Of a stretch of 61,964 nucleotides of DNA, positions 1 through 10,923 are shown piece by piece. The position numbers and the translations under genes were made by a program. Source of the stretch: Actinomycetes bacterium (lineage in GTDB: Bacteria; Actinomycetota; Acidimicrobiia; Acidimicrobiales; JAJZXF01). The notes below the pieces were generated by a model, which made no database searches, had not been told where the DNA came from, and saw nothing but the letters and a program-made list of their open reading frames with translations. Where the stretch lies: assembly GCA_021802485.1 (NCBI GenBank), contig JAJZXF010000006.1:1-61964 (forward strand), read 5' to 3'. Position 1 is the first letter of the stretch, and every line of letters begins with the position of its first letter.

Positions 1-2
1 TG

Positions 3-698
3 TCGAATCTCACACTCGCTTGTGAGGGTTGCAACAATGCCAAGGACAACCTCTCTATTGAGGTGTTCCTCGCCAAAGACCCGAAGCGGTTGGCGAAGAT
101 ACTCGCTCAAGCGAAGGCCCCACTCAAAGATGCTGCTGCTGCTGTCAACGCTATCCGCTGGGCGCTGTGGCGGGAGTGGGTGACCACGGGGCTTGCGGTA
201 AGGACCGGATCGGGCGGGCGTACCAAGTGGAACCGCAGCCGGTTCTCCACACCGAAGTCCCACACACTTGACGCACTGTGTGTAGGAGACGCCAACCGCG
301 TTGGCTCGTATCCGCTTGGAACGATTACAGCTAAGTCAACAGGTCGTGGGTCCTACGCGCGCACTCGAAGCGACAAGTACGGTTTCCCTCATCTTCGCCT
401 GCCTCACACGAAGATGCACCACGGTTTTGTCACTGGGGATCATGTACAGGCAGTTGTGTCAAGAGGCAAACACGCGGGAACTCATATTGGCAGGGTAGCC
501 GTGCGTTCAAGTGGGAGTTTCAATATCAGAACGAAAGGAGAAATTGTGCAAGGAATCAACTACCGCTACTGCGCTCTCTTACAGCGCGGTGACGGTTGGG
601 AATACGAACGGGATAACGAGGTCGGGTCTCTGGCCCGAATGGGACTATCCCTCCCTACGGCTAGAGCCGCGGGTTTCTCGTCCCACACCCATTTCTGA
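3..698 (+). CDS. iscB: RNA-guided endonuclease IscB (HNH/RuvC), 5'-truncated by the window edge
   Basis: The frame is open from position 3: SNLTLACEGCNNAKDN (end of HNH, CxxCN), then LKDAAAAVNAIRWAL, TGSGGRTKWNR, KSHTLDALCVG (RuvC-III) and GRVAVRSSGSFNI...LLQRGDGW, all typical IscB C-terminal motifs. Confidence 0.9.
   Translation, partial: SNLTLACEGCNNAKDNLSIEVFLAKDPKRLAKILAQAKAPLKDAAAAVNAIRWALWREWVTTGLAVRTGSGGRTKWNRSRFSTPKSHTLDALCVGDANRVGSYPLGTITAKSTGRGSYARTRSDKYGFPHLRLPHTKMHHGFVTGDHVQAVVSRGKHAGTHIGRVAVRSSGSFNIRTKGEIVQGINYRYCALLQRGDGWEYERDNEVGSLARMGLSLPTARAAGFSSHTHF
641..697 (+). mobile_element. Right end of IS200/IS605-type IscB element (subterminal hairpin)
   Basis: gggac...cctacggc-taga-gccgcggg...gtccc nested imperfect hairpin at the 3' end of iscB, followed directly by ATGA at 698-701. 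Confidence 0.7.
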
Positions 699-1321
699 TG
701 ACGGCAGCAAGACAAGCTGGGACGGAACAACCTTCGCACCAGGGCGTCAAGGCACCAAGGCCCGAAAAGGCTGCGGTGGTTGAGGAGGTTAAGCAGGGTT
801 TCGCCGGTGCGCAGGCGGCTGTCCTCACCGAGTACCGGGGACTCGGCGTTTCCGAGATGGCTGAGCTCAGGCGATCTCTGGGTGAGGCGGGGGGAAAGTA
901 CAAGGTCTTCAAGAACACGCTCGTGCGCCGTGCCCTAAGGGACATGGATCTCGACGGAATCGACTCCCTGCTCGCTGGCCCTACCGCGATCGCGTTTGCA
1001 AGCGACGACGTCACCGCAGTTGTGAGGGTGCTTAGGGACTTTTCGAGGCAAAATCATGCGCTTGTGATCAAGGGCGGGGTGTTGGGAGACAGCGTTCTGG
1101 CGGGTCCAGAGACCTTGAAACTAGCTGATCTTCCGTCGCGTGACGTAGTCTTGTCTCAACTCGCTGGTGCTTTCACTGCACCGATTCAGCAGGTTGCAGG
1201 GCTTTTTGCTGCGCTGCCGCGGTCGATCGCCTATGGGGTCACTGCTCTTGTATCAAGCCTGGAACAGGACGCATCCAACCCAACAGCTGGGTCCGAGCAA
1301 AGCGGTGAGGGTGAAGGCTAG
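698..1321 (+). CDS. rplJ: 50S ribosomal protein L10
   Basis: PRPEKAAVVEEV, TEYRGL, YKVFKNTL, LADLPSR motifs; lies upstream of rplL. Confidence 0.96.
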   Translation: MTAARQAGTEQPSHQGVKAPRPEKAAVVEEVKQGFAGAQAAVLTEYRGLGVSEMAELRRSLGEAGGKYKVFKNTLVRRALRDMDLDGIDSLLAGPTAIAFASDDVTAVVRVLRDFSRQNHALVIKGGVLGDSVLAGPETLKLADLPSRDVVLSQLAGAFTAPIQQVAGLFAALPRSIAYGVTALVSSLEQDASNPTAGSEQSGEGEG

Positions 1322-1418
1322 CGTCAAGCATTTAAACCCATAAGTCAGCTAACAAGCTGGAAAAGACCTAATCCCAGCAATTTCGAGAACCGAGAAGACA
1401 AGAAGGAGTAACACAACA

Positions 1419-1841
1419 ATGCCAACGAAGACGACATCAGATGCGAGCCTCTCCAGCGAACAGCTCTTGGATGCGTTTGCGAACATGACCCTGATCGAGC
1501 TGTGTGAGTTTCGCGACGCCTTCGAAGAGCGATTTGGCGTGACCGCGGCCGCTCCGGTAGTTCTTGGCGCAGGCGTTGCGGGAGGGCCCGGCGGCTCCGG
1601 CGAACAAGCGCAGGCCGAGGTCGAGGAGCAGACAGAGTTCGACGTGATGCTAGTCGGGGCCGGAGAGAAGAAGATCCAGGTCATCAAGGAGGTACGTACG
1701 CTTACTGGCCTCGGCCTGAAGGAAGCCAAGGATCTCGTCGAGAGTGCGCCCAAGGCGGTTCTCGAGAAGGCTTCGAAGGATGATGCCGAGAAGGCGAAGG
1801 CAAAGCTGGAGGAGGCTGGGGCCGCCGTCGAACTGAAGTGA
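1419..1841 (+). CDS. rplL: 50S ribosomal protein L7/L12
   Basis: [41 protein letters not shown]; AAGGAG RBS upstream. Confidence 0.98.
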   Translation: MPTKTTSDASLSSEQLLDAFANMTLIELCEFRDAFEERFGVTAAAPVVLGAGVAGGPGGSGEQAQAEVEEQTEFDVMLVGAGEKKIQVIKEVRTLTGLGLKEAKDLVESAPKAVLEKASKDDAEKAKAKLEEAGAAVELK

Positions 1842-1990
1842 AGCACCCTGTTGGAGGCGGTGGTCTGTGGGCGCAAGCTTGGCCGCTGGCCTTTAGCGGA
1901 CCAGCCGCGACATCGCTGCGGCGATACGTGCCCGGCAAGCAGCTCTCTGCTTCTTGCACAGAGCTGTACACACCCGCCGGAGAAGTCGCA

Positions 1991-2019
1991 TTGCGCGCCT
2001 GATGATTACAGGCTAGAAT
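1991..2019 (+). promoter_or_regulatory. Candidate sigma70-type promoter for rpoBC
   Basis: TTGCGC-17 nt-TAGAAT in the rplL-rpoB spacer. Confidence 0.5.
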
Positions 2020-2157
2020 AACTATTTGCCGTGGTCACGTGTGATTCTGTCGCGATATCAAACAGATAGTTGTCGCGCGCCCTTGCTTATGCCCGTCCGA
2101 CCGTGAGGTCGGGCAAAGATCTCGCTCTCAAGCGATAGCCATCCCACCTCGAGGAGT

Positions 2158-5100
2158 ATGTCGTTGCCTTCACGTTTCATGAGCCCCGAACGCTTTTCAT
2201 TTGCCAACCTCGACGAGGTGCTGCCTCTGCCTGATCTCGTATCGGTTCAGCGTTCGTCGTTTGCATGGTTCCTCGAAAGAGGCCTTGCGGACGCGTTCGC
2301 AAGTCTGAGCCCGATAGAGGACTATAGCGGGCAGCTCCGACTGGAGTTGGATTTCGATCCGACTGATCCAGATCTGAGGCCTGAGCCTAAGTTCAGCGTA
2401 GAAGAGTGCCGGGAAAAGGACATGACCTACGCGGCGTCCATCTTTGTTCGAGCGCGCTTCATGAATTCCCAGACCGGAGAGATCAAGGAACAGACGGTCT
2501 TCATGGGCGACTTTCCCATGATGACGTCCAAGGGTACCTTCGTTATCAACGGTACCGAGCGGGTCGTCGTGAGCCAGCTGGTGCGGTCTCCTGGAGTGTT
2601 GTTCCAGCCTGGGCGGGATGTGAAGACGGTCGCGACGGGGACGATTCATCCCTACAGAGGTGAATGGATCGAGTTCGACGTTGAGGCAAAGCCCGGGAAG
2701 GACGTCACGGCAGGTGCGCGGGTCGCACGCAAGCGCCGCTTGTCGATCTTCATGCTCTTGAAAGCGCTCGGCTTCGAGGACGATGCGTTCTTCGAGCGTT
2801 TCGTGGGACACTTTGATTTCCTTGAGGCGCAGTGGAGGAAGGAGGCCGAGGGTCTTCCTGACCGCGACGGCGCTTTGATGGAGATTTACAGGCGTGCGCG
2901 GCCAGGCGAGCCGCTCGCCCTCGAGGCAGCACGCGGCTACTTCGAAGGTTCCTTCTTCAATCCGAAGCGTTACGACCTCACGCGGGTTGGCCGTTACAAG
3001 CTCACTCGCAAGCTGGCGCCTGAAATAGCAAAGATCTCGGAGATCTTGGGGGTAGAACTTCCGCTTCCCGATCCGGCTCAGAGCGTCCTTTCATCCAGCG
3101 AGATCCTTGCTGCGGCTACTTACCTATTGCACCTAGCGAAGGGTGAGCCAGGATATCGTCTCGACGACCAGGACCACTTTGCCAACCGGCGAGTGCGCAG
3201 TGTCGGCGAGCTGATTCAGAACCAGGTGAAGCTGGGTCTCTCTCGGATGGAAAGGGTCGTCAGGGAGCGGATGACGACTCAGGATGTCGAGACAATCACC
3301 CCTCAGGCGCTCATCAACATCCGCCCTGTGGTGGCTGCGATGAAGGAGTTCTTTGGCACCAGCCAGTTGAGCCAGTTCATGGACCAGAACAACCCCCTGT
3401 CCGGTCTTGCGCACAAGCGTCGCCTATCTGCACTTGGACCGGGTGGCCTCTCAAGGGAGAGGGCTGGCTTTGAGGTACGTGACGTGCACACGTCTCACTA
3501 CGGTCGCATGTGCCCGATCGAGACACCAGAGGGGCCGAACATTGGGCTCATAGGCGCGCTGGCAACATATGCGCGGGTTAACGAGTACGGCTTTATCGAG
3601 ACTCCATATCGCAAGGTGGTCGACGGCGTTGCGGTCGATGAGATCGTCTATCTGGCTGCAGACGAGGAGGAGGAGCACGTCATAGCTCAGGCCAACGCGG
3701 CGATTGACGCAACGGGTCGCTTCATCGAGGATCGCGTGCTTGTTCGAAGGGGTCCTCAGGGTGCGAGCGTCAGGGTGGGCGCGACTTCGACATCGTACGG
3801 TACGACTAGCGAGGTGGATTACGTCCCGCCGAGCGAGGTTGACCTCATGGACGTATCGCCGAAGCAGATCGTGTCGGTCTCGACGAGCCTCATCCCCTTT
3901 ATTGAACACGACGACGCGAACCGTGCACTCATGGGGGCCAACATGCAAAAGCAGGCGGTCCCGCTTCTTGTGCCGGAGTCGCCGTTCATCGGCACGGGTG
4001 TAGAGGCCTCTGTCGCGCGGTATGCGGGCGAGGTCATCATGGCAGAGGGGAATGGAACTGCGGTCGAGGTGTCAGGCGACCGGATAGTGGTGGAGTACGA
4101 ACCTTCCCAGCGCGACGGGAACGGTGTAGAGCTTGGACGCCGTAGCTACAAGTTGGAAAAGTTCCGACGTTCGAACCAGAACACCTGCATCAATCAGAAG
4201 GTGGTGGTTCAAGAGGGCCAGAAGGTTACAAGCGACACTGTTCTCGCCGATGGGCCAGCGACCTACCAGGGGGAGCTTTCTCTCGGTAAGAACCTCCTGG
4301 TGGCCTTCATGCCCTGGGAGGGGTATAACTTCGAGGACGCGATCATACTTTCCGAACGCCTTGTGAAAGACGACGTGTTGACGTCGATCCATATCGAGGA
4401 GCATGAGGTGGATGCGCGCGACACAAAGCTCGGAGCAGAGGAGATCACCCGTGACATCCCGAATCTCTCCGAGGAGGCGCTCGCGGACCTTGACGATCGG
4501 GGGATCATTCGCATCGGAGCCGAAGTTGGGCCGGGCGACGTCCTGGTGGGCAAGGTAACGCCAAAGGGTGAGACTGAGCAGACTCCTGAGGAGCGACTAC
4601 TCAGGGCGATCTTCGGCGAAAAGGCGAGGGAGGTCCGCGACACCAGCTTGAAGGTTCCCCACGGAGAGTCCGGAAAGGTGATAGACGTTCGCGTCTTTTC
4701 CCGCGAGGACTCCCATGAGCTCTCGCCGGGAGTGAACCAACTTGTAAGAGTTTACGTGGCTCAGCGGCGCAAGATTTCTGAGGGAGACAAGCTGGCTGGG
4801 CGCCACGGAAACAAGGGCGTGATCTCAAAGATCCTGCCGGTCGAGGACATGCCTTTCATGGCTGACGGCACTCCGGTGGACATCATCTTGAACCCGCTCG
4901 GTGTTCCGAGCCGGATGAACGTGGGTCAGGTCCTCGAGTCGCATCTTGGTTACGCGGCACGATGGGGCTGGGACGGCGCGGTGGGTACTCGCGGATCGAG
5001 CGCTGAGGACCCGAAGGTGAGGACAGCTCCTCGCACCGATCCCGCTGTGTGGGTCTCCACTCCGGTGTTCGACGGTGCGCACTGGGATGAAGAGGACAAG

Positions 5101-5727
5101 GCAGGCCGGCACCCAACCATCAAGAAGATCTTCGGCCGACTGAACCCGGACGGCCGTGATGGTGGGAAGATGATCCAGGATGACGGCAAGGCCATTCTTT
5201 ACAACGGAAGGACGGGGATTCCCTACGACAACCCGATCAGCGTCGGGTACGTCTACATACTCAAGCTCGCCCACCTGGTCGATGACAAGATCCACGCTCG
5301 CTCGACAGGCCCGTACTCGATGATCACCCAGCAGCCGCTCGGCGGGAAGGCACAGTTCGGAGGGCAGCGGTTTGGCGAGATGGAGGTCTGGGCGCTTGAG
5401 GCCTACGGCGCGGCCTATGCGCTCCAGGAACTGCTCACGATCAAGTCTGACGACGTGCTCGGACGAGTGAAGGTCTACGAGGCGATCGTGAAGGGGGAGA
5501 ACATCCCTGAGCCAGGCATACCAGAGAGCTTCAAGGTCCTGATCAAGGAGATGCAGTCGCTTTGCCTGAACGTCGAGGTGCTCTCGCGTACCGGTGAGGA
5601 GATCGAGATGCGTGAGCTTGACGAGGACGCATACCGGATGGCAGAGGAGCTTGGCATTGATATCAGCCGTCCCGAGCGCGGCTCGGATGAAGAGGACGAC
5701 ATGCGTGCAGTGGAGAGGAACTTCTAA
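2158..5727 (+). CDS. rpoB: RNA polymerase beta subunit
   Basis: [45 protein letters not shown] motifs; the true start may be TTG 2164. Confidence 0.99.
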   Translation: MSLPSRFMSPERFSFANLDEVLPLPDLVSVQRSSFAWFLERGLADAFASLSPIEDYSGQLRLELDFDPTDPDLRPEPKFSVEECREKDMTYAASIFVRARFMNSQTGEIKEQTVFMGDFPMMTSKGTFVINGTERVVVSQLVRSPGVLFQPGRDVKTVATGTIHPYRGEWIEFDVEAKPGKDVTAGARVARKRRLSIFMLLKALGFEDDAFFERFVGHFDFLEAQWRKEAEGLPDRDGALMEIYRRARPGEPLALEAARGYFEGSFFNPKRYDLTRVGRYKLTRKLAPEIAKISEILGVELPLPDPAQSVLSSSEILAAATYLLHLAKGEPGYRLDDQDHFANRRVRSVGELIQNQVKLGLSRMERVVRERMTTQDVETITPQALINIRPVVAAMKEFFGTSQLSQFMDQNNPLSGLAHKRRLSALGPGGLSRERAGFEVRDVHTSHYGRMCPIETPEGPNIGLIGALATYARVNEYGFIETPYRKVVDGVAVDEIVYLAADEEEEHVIAQANAAIDATGRFIEDRVLVRRGPQGASVRVGATSTSYGTTSEVDYVPPSEVDLMDVSPKQIVSVSTSLIPFIEHDDANRALMGANMQKQAVPLLVPESPFIGTGVEASVARYAGEVIMAEGNGTAVEVSGDRIVVEYEPSQRDGNGVELGRRSYKLEKFRRSNQNTCINQKVVVQEGQKVTSDTVLADGPATYQGELSLGKNLLVAFMPWEGYNFEDAIILSERLVKDDVLTSIHIEEHEVDARDTKLGAEEITRDIPNLSEEALADLDDRGIIRIGAEVGPGDVLVGKVTPKGETEQTPEERLLRAIFGEKAREVRDTSLKVPHGESGKVIDVRVFSREDSHELSPGVNQLVRVYVAQRRKISEGDKLAGRHGNKGVISKILPVEDMPFMADGTPVDIILNPLGVPSRMNVGQVLESHLGYAARWGWDGAVGTRGSSAEDPKVRTAPRTDPAVWVSTPVFDGAHWDEEDKAGRHPTIKKIFGRLNPDGRDGGKMIQDDGKAILYNGRTGIPYDNPISVGYVYILKLAHLVDDKIHARSTGPYSMITQQPLGGKAQFGGQRFGEMEVWALEAYGAAYALQELLTIKSDDVLGRVKVYEAIVKGENIPEPGIPESFKVLIKEMQSLCLNVEVLSRTGEEIEMRELDEDAYRMAEELGIDISRPERGSDEEDDMRAVERNF

Positions 5728-8700
5728 GTGCTCGACGTGAACGAATTTGACAGGCTAAGAATCGGGCTTGCGACCGCTGACTCCATCCGGAGCTGGTCCA
5801 AGGGTGAGGTGAAGAAGCCCGAGACGATCAACTACAGGACGTTGCGTCCAGAAAAGGACGGCCTGTTCTGCGAGAAGATCTTCGGACCCACGAAGGACTG
5901 GGAGTGCTACTGCGGTAAGTACAAGCGGGTTCGTTTCAAGGGAATTATCTGCGAGCGCTGCGGCGTCGAGGTCACGCGTTCGAAGGTGCGAAGGGAGCGC
6001 ACGGGCCACATCGAACTTGCTGCTCCGGTGGTGCATATATGGTACCTGAAGGGAACCCGGTCCTGGCTCGCATACCTTCTAATGGGCACCGACGCGAGGG
6101 AAGAGCTGAAGGCCAAGCAGCTGGAGAAGGTTATCTACTTCGCCGCGTATCTTGTTACGCACGTCGACGAGGAACGACTTCACGTTGACCTCCCAACAAT
6201 CGAAGAAGATGTCGAGCGCGAGATAGCAGAGATCAATCAGCTTGCTGAGCGCGATGCGAACAAGAAGCTGGAACAGCTGGAGCAGGAGCTCGCAGAGATC
6301 GAGCGCTCCGGTGCGAAGGAGGCTGAGATCCGCGTCCGCGACAAGAACGTGCGTCGCGAGATCGAAACTCTGCATGAAAGAGCTCAGGAAGAGATCAACG
6401 AGCTGCAGCGGGCCTTCGAAGCGCTCAAGGGGCTTCACTCGCGCAAGATCATCGAAGATGAGCTGCTTTGGAGGGAACTCAAGGTCCGCTACGGTGATTA
6501 CTTCGAAGGTGGGATGGGCGCAGAGGCAATAGCCCAGTTGATCGATCGGATTGACTTGAACGCTGAGGAGGTCAAACTCCGCCAGGCGATCGACGGCAGC
6601 GATGGACGCAAGCCCCTTCCGGTTCAAAGGCGCCAAAAGGCGATCAAGCGCCTGAAGATCGTATCCGCTTTCAACTGCACCGATCAACAGGGGAGGCGGC
6701 TCAACGACCCGCGGGCGATGATCCTGGAGGCTGTGCCTGTGATCCCTCCCGATCTGCGGCCAATGGTGCAACTGGATGGCGGCCGCTTCGCTACTTCGGA
6801 CCTGAATGATCTCTACCGGAGGGTGATCAACAGGAACAACCGTTTGCAGCGTCTACTGGATCTCGAAGCCCCGGAGATCATAATCAACAACGAAAAGAGA
6901 ATGCTCCAAGAGGCAGTGGACGCGTTGTTCGACAACGGACGTCGCGGCCGGCCAGTGAGCGGTCCGGGAAATCGTCCTCTGAAGAGCCTGTCCGACATGC
7001 TGAAGGGAAAGCAAGGGCGTTTCCGCCAGAATCTCCTTGGCAAGCGCGTCGATTACTCAGGGCGATCTGTGATCGTCGTTGGGCCTACGCTGAAGCTACA
7101 TCAGTGTGGACTCCCGAAGCAGATGGCCCTCGAGCTCTTCAAGCCCTTTGTTATGAAGCGTCTCGTGGACGTAGAGCTCGCGCAGAACATCAAGTCAGCG
7201 AAGCGCATGGTGGAGCGCCAGCGGATCCAGGTGTGGAACGTGCTGGAAGAGGTGATCAGAGAGCACCCAGTTCTGTTGAACCGCGCTCCAACCCTGCACC
7301 GGCTTGGGATCCAGGCCTTCGAGCCCGTCCTAGTGGAGGGCAAGGCAATTCAGATCCACCCGCTGGTCTGCACCGCGTTCAATGCGGACTTCGACGGAGA
7401 CCAGATGGCTGTGCACCTGCCGTTGTCTGCTGAGGCACAGGCAGAAGCGCGGGTGCTGATGCTGAGCGCCAATAACGTGCTCTCGCCAGCGACCGGTAGG
7501 CCTATAACCGTTCCCACCCAGGACATGGTGTTCGGCACGTACTACCTGACCGTGGAGGCGAAGGGCGCAAAGGGCGAAGGGCGGGTGTTCCGCCGCCTTG
7601 CCGAGGTTGAGGCGGCCTACGATGCGGGCGATGTGGATCTTCACGCGAAGATCACGTTCCGCCCGCCAGCATCCGCTGGTGTTGGTGTAAGTGCGACCGA
7701 CCCCGATCTGCAAGCACTCTTGGACGCGGATAGGAGTGGGGTGTCCGCTCCAGGAATGGACAGCCCACTTGGCGGCGACACAAAGGCGGTCGAGTTAGCG
7801 GCTGCAGCGGCCGCTAGCGCGGCGGGTGCGCGGGAGATCGAAACGACGCCAGGCAGGCTGTTCTTTAATGCAGCGCTACCTTATGGGTTTCGATTCATCA
7901 ACGACATCATTGGGCGCAAGAATACGAGCATTACGAGCATCGTCGAGGAGATCACGTCCAAGTACCCGCGCATAGTTGTAGCCCAGAGCCTGGATCGGAT
8001 CAAGGAGCTTGGCTTCAAGTACTCTACGAGATCTGGCCTCACAATCTCGATAGACGATGTCCGCACGCCACCCGAAAAGGCAGCGATCCTTGATCGTTAC
8101 GAGAAGGAGGCTGAGAAGGCGGAGATGCAGTTCAAGCGCGGCATCATCACAGACGATGAGCGGCGCCAGAAGGAGATCGAGATCTGGACCTCGGCTAACT
8201 CCGAGGTTGGTCGGGCTATGGAGACCACGCTGTCCGCGATGAGCTTCAATCCTCTGGACATGATGGTGGGCTCAGGCGCACGAGGAAATCCCCAGCAGGT
8301 TCGCCAGATCGCAGGAATGAAGGGCTTGGTCTCCAACCCGCGCGGTGAGATGATTCCGCGTCCGATCAAGTCGTCATTTCGTGAGGGCCTTTCGGTTCTG
8401 GAGTACTTCATCTCTACCCATGGCGCTCGCAAGGGGCTTGCGGATACGGCCCTCAGGACCGCGGACTCCGGCTACCTGACCCGACGTCTGGTTGACGTTG
8501 CTCAAGAGATGATTGTGAGGGAGCTCGACTGCGAGACGGCGCGGGGCATCTGGATCGACGGTGTGGTGCCAGATGAGCCGGGTAAGCGGCGCTACCTTGA
8601 GACGCGCGTCTACGGGCGGGTTCTCCTGGAGGAGGTTGTGCTCCAAGATGGTTCGCGCATTGCTCCGGGGACGCTTCTTGGTGATGATCACGTCGCTTTG

Positions 8701-9909
8701 ATGCGTGAGGACCCGGTTGTTGACCGGGTACGGGTGCGTTCCGTGCTGACGTGTGAGTCCAAGCACGGGGTCTGTGCAACCTGTTACGGGCAGTCGCTCG
8801 CAACCGGGCGCATCATTGAGATGGGCGAGGCGGTCGGCGTCATAGCTGCTCAGTCGATCGGTGAGCCAGGAACGCAGCTCACTATGCGGACGTTCCATAC
8901 CGGCGGCATCGTTGGAGAGGACATCACGCACGGTCTTCCAAGAGTGGTCGAGCTCTTCGAGGCTCGTACCCCCAAAGGTGCTGCGATTCTCGCGCACACG
9001 TCGGGTGTCGTTAGGGTATCGACCGACGATACTTCCCGCCAGGTGACTGTCATCGGTGATGACGGGACGGAGACCGAGTATGCGATAGCGCCGAGAGCTC
9101 ACCTTGAGGTGGCCGATGGCGCAGAGGTTGTCGCTGGCGACCAGCTGGTCGAGGGTCCGAAGGACCCGAAGGAACTTCTAGAGGTGAAGGGCATCCGAGA
9201 TACCCAGCAGTACCTAGTGGGGGAGGTGCAGAAGGTCTACAGAGACCAGGGTGTGTCGATCCACGACAAGCACATCGAGTTGATCGTACGTCAGATGCTT
9301 CGCAGAGTCTCGGTTGCAGAACCTGGTGACTCGCCGTTCCTGCCGGGGGAGCGAGTGGACACGCAAGTGTATGCCGAGCAAAATCGCCAGCTTGTCCAGG
9401 ATGGTAAGCGTCCAGCAGAGGGACGGCCTGAGCTTATGGGGATCACCAAGGCTTCGCTGGCAACCGACTCGTGGCTCTCAGCAGCGAGCTTCCAGGAGAC
9501 CACGAGGGTCCTTACCGAGGCTGCAATCGAAGGTCGCTCCGACCAGTTGATTGGCTTGAAGGAGAACATCATCATCGGCAAGCTGATACCAGCTGGCTCC
9601 GGGATGACCAGCTACCGGTCGATTAACGTCGAGATGCCAGATGCCGAACCTATGCAGTTCTGGTCCTCGGAGATGGACGGGGAGGTGGACCCAGCTGCCT
9701 GGCTGCGTGACATCGGAGTGGACCGCGGCAATGGGGCCGACCCGCCAGACAGCCACGCTCTGTCCGAGGACACCGACGGGGTCGTAGGGAGTTCTGGGGT
9801 GCAAGCGGGTGAGGCGGGGATCTCTCCTCGCGGCGCGGATGCCGCTGAGGAAGGCGACGCGAGCGAGCCAGACCCCGAGCTGAATCGCGATCGTAAGCCC
9901 CTTCCGTAA
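5728..9909 (+). CDS. rpoC: RNA polymerase beta' subunit
   Basis: N-terminal Zn finger (CYCGKYK...CERC), catalytic [16 protein letters not shown]. Confidence 0.99.
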   Translation: MLDVNEFDRLRIGLATADSIRSWSKGEVKKPETINYRTLRPEKDGLFCEKIFGPTKDWECYCGKYKRVRFKGIICERCGVEVTRSKVRRERTGHIELAAPVVHIWYLKGTRSWLAYLLMGTDAREELKAKQLEKVIYFAAYLVTHVDEERLHVDLPTIEEDVEREIAEINQLAERDANKKLEQLEQELAEIERSGAKEAEIRVRDKNVRREIETLHERAQEEINELQRAFEALKGLHSRKIIEDELLWRELKVRYGDYFEGGMGAEAIAQLIDRIDLNAEEVKLRQAIDGSDGRKPLPVQRRQKAIKRLKIVSAFNCTDQQGRRLNDPRAMILEAVPVIPPDLRPMVQLDGGRFATSDLNDLYRRVINRNNRLQRLLDLEAPEIIINNEKRMLQEAVDALFDNGRRGRPVSGPGNRPLKSLSDMLKGKQGRFRQNLLGKRVDYSGRSVIVVGPTLKLHQCGLPKQMALELFKPFVMKRLVDVELAQNIKSAKRMVERQRIQVWNVLEEVIREHPVLLNRAPTLHRLGIQAFEPVLVEGKAIQIHPLVCTAFNADFDGDQMAVHLPLSAEAQAEARVLMLSANNVLSPATGRPITVPTQDMVFGTYYLTVEAKGAKGEGRVFRRLAEVEAAYDAGDVDLHAKITFRPPASAGVGVSATDPDLQALLDADRSGVSAPGMDSPLGGDTKAVELAAAAAASAAGAREIETTPGRLFFNAALPYGFRFINDIIGRKNTSITSIVEEITSKYPRIVVAQSLDRIKELGFKYSTRSGLTISIDDVRTPPEKAAILDRYEKEAEKAEMQFKRGIITDDERRQKEIEIWTSANSEVGRAMETTLSAMSFNPLDMMVGSGARGNPQQVRQIAGMKGLVSNPRGEMIPRPIKSSFREGLSVLEYFISTHGARKGLADTALRTADSGYLTRRLVDVAQEMIVRELDCETARGIWIDGVVPDEPGKRRYLETRVYGRVLLEEVVLQDGSRIAPGTLLGDDHVALMREDPVVDRVRVRSVLTCESKHGVCATCYGQSLATGRIIEMGEAVGVIAAQSIGEPGTQLTMRTFHTGGIVGEDITHGLPRVVELFEARTPKGAAILAHTSGVVRVSTDDTSRQVTVIGDDGTETEYAIAPRAHLEVADGAEVVAGDQLVEGPKDPKELLEVKGIRDTQQYLVGEVQKVYRDQGVSIHDKHIELIVRQMLRRVSVAEPGDSPFLPGERVDTQVYAEQNRQLVQDGKRPAEGRPELMGITKASLATDSWLSAASFQETTRVLTEAAIEGRSDQLIGLKENIIIGKLIPAGSGMTSYRSINVEMPDAEPMQFWSSEMDGEVDPAAWLRDIGVDRGNGADPPDSHALSEDTDGVVGSSGVQAGEAGISPRGADAAEEGDASEPDPELNRDRKPLP

Positions 9910-9917
9910 GGGAGGGG
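9898..9917 (+). terminator. Terminator-like hairpin overlapping the rpoC stop codon
   Basis: ccccttcc-GTAA-gggagggg: 8-bp stem with one G-U pair and a GNRA loop; no U-tract. Confidence 0.45.
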
Positions 9918-9988
9918 TCGAGGCCGCGGATAAGACAAGTACACACCAATCCGAGGAACTGTTGCACCCCTGGAGTAGTATCGATCAT

Positions 9989-10267
9989 ATGGTCGCAATA
10001 CCGGGTAGTCTGCCAGCAAGGTGTGAGCCCGTACGCACAGCGATCGTCCCGGTCATGTTATCGGGAGCCGACTACGGGCGAGCCCACGACGCTCACCACA
10101 TTGCAGCTGGTCTCTGGGGCGAGGCGGTCGACTGGGTGCATGCGGAATGGAAAGCGAAGCACAACCCAGGCAAGTACGGCATTCGAGCATTCCTCAGCTC
10201 GCTCCCACGCGAACAGCGCCTGCTTCATGTTCACACGACCGAGGCGATCGGATACGGCCTCTACGAG
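9989..10267 (+). pseudogene. Possible N-terminal fragment of a TnpB-like protein
   Basis: RTAIVPVMLSGADY..AHDAHH.AAGLWGEAVDW...LHVHTTEAI resembles TnpB N-terminal segments (LWNxxV...LHxHxxQA); no RuvC part present. Confidence 0.4.
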
Positions 10268-10298
10268 CCGAAGGACCGTTCTGTGATCCACTCGCCCT

Positions 10299-10481
10299 CT
10301 CGGCGCCCGGCGCTTTGCTTTCAACTGGGCACGCAGGCAGGTGACAGCCGACATGGACGCTAAGTTGGCAGACCCCGAGCACTCCTCGGTACCCTGGACC
10401 CTCGACGCCTTGCGCAAGAAGGCAAATGAGGTGAAGGACGAAGTCGCTCCGTGGTGGGCCGAGAACTCGCAGGGGTGCTAC
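10299..10481 (+). pseudogene. tnpB: IS607-family TnpB N-terminal fragment
   Basis: LGARRFAFNWARRQVTADMDAK...VPWTLDALRKKANEVKDEVAPWWAENSQGCY matches the actinobacterial IS607 TnpB motifs GARRFAFNW and KDEVAPWWAENSKEAY. Confidence 0.75.
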
Positions 10482-10919
10482 TTGGCTGTGATCGCTGACG
10501 TCGTCATGGGCCAGGAGCTCAAGAAGACCGGCGCAGGTAACCTCTTCACGGTCTTCGGTGAGGCCGATGTCGTGATCAAGGACGAAGATGATCAACTCAC
10601 TGTGATCCTCAACGGCGTCGACGTCTACGATCCGGACACCGGCGACATCCGAAGCAACCACGCCAGCCAAATTGCGCTGTGGATGATCGACACCGCCTAT
10701 AACGGCGAGTCGCACTTCGTGCGCCACTGCTACGTCACGGGTGGCCAGGACCTATACGCCCGACTGAAGAAGGCACTCAAGGCAGGCATCGACGAAGACG
10801 TCTGGCCATCACTCAATCGGACGGAGTCCCGACCGTTCCCCAAGCCCGACACCGGCAAGATCGCGGTCAAGGTCATCAACGACTACGGCCACGAGGTCGT
10901 CAAGGTCTTCCCCGTGTAA
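10482..10919 (+). pseudogene. C-terminal fragment of a type III R-M-like site-specific DNA methyltransferase (Mod)
   Basis: ELKKTGAGNLFTVFGE, GVDVYDP.TG, WMIDTAYNGESHFVRH, KIAVKVINDYGHEV are the conserved C-terminus of this Mod family; the catalytic DPPY/FxGxG region is absent. Confidence 0.75.
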
Positions 10920-10923
10920 GCCC

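Noticed and set aside
3349-3450. rpoB rifampicin-resistance region reads [14 protein letters not shown] (Ala where Thr is common)
   Set aside because: The key Gln, Asp, His and Ser residues are wild-type; there is no basis for a resistance claim.
9962-10363. ORF first read as a type III Res C-terminal fragment because it precedes a Mod remnant
   Set aside because: The motifs fit a TnpB-like N-terminus better and the 3' part overlaps the IS607 TnpB fragment; it is not a coherent gene.
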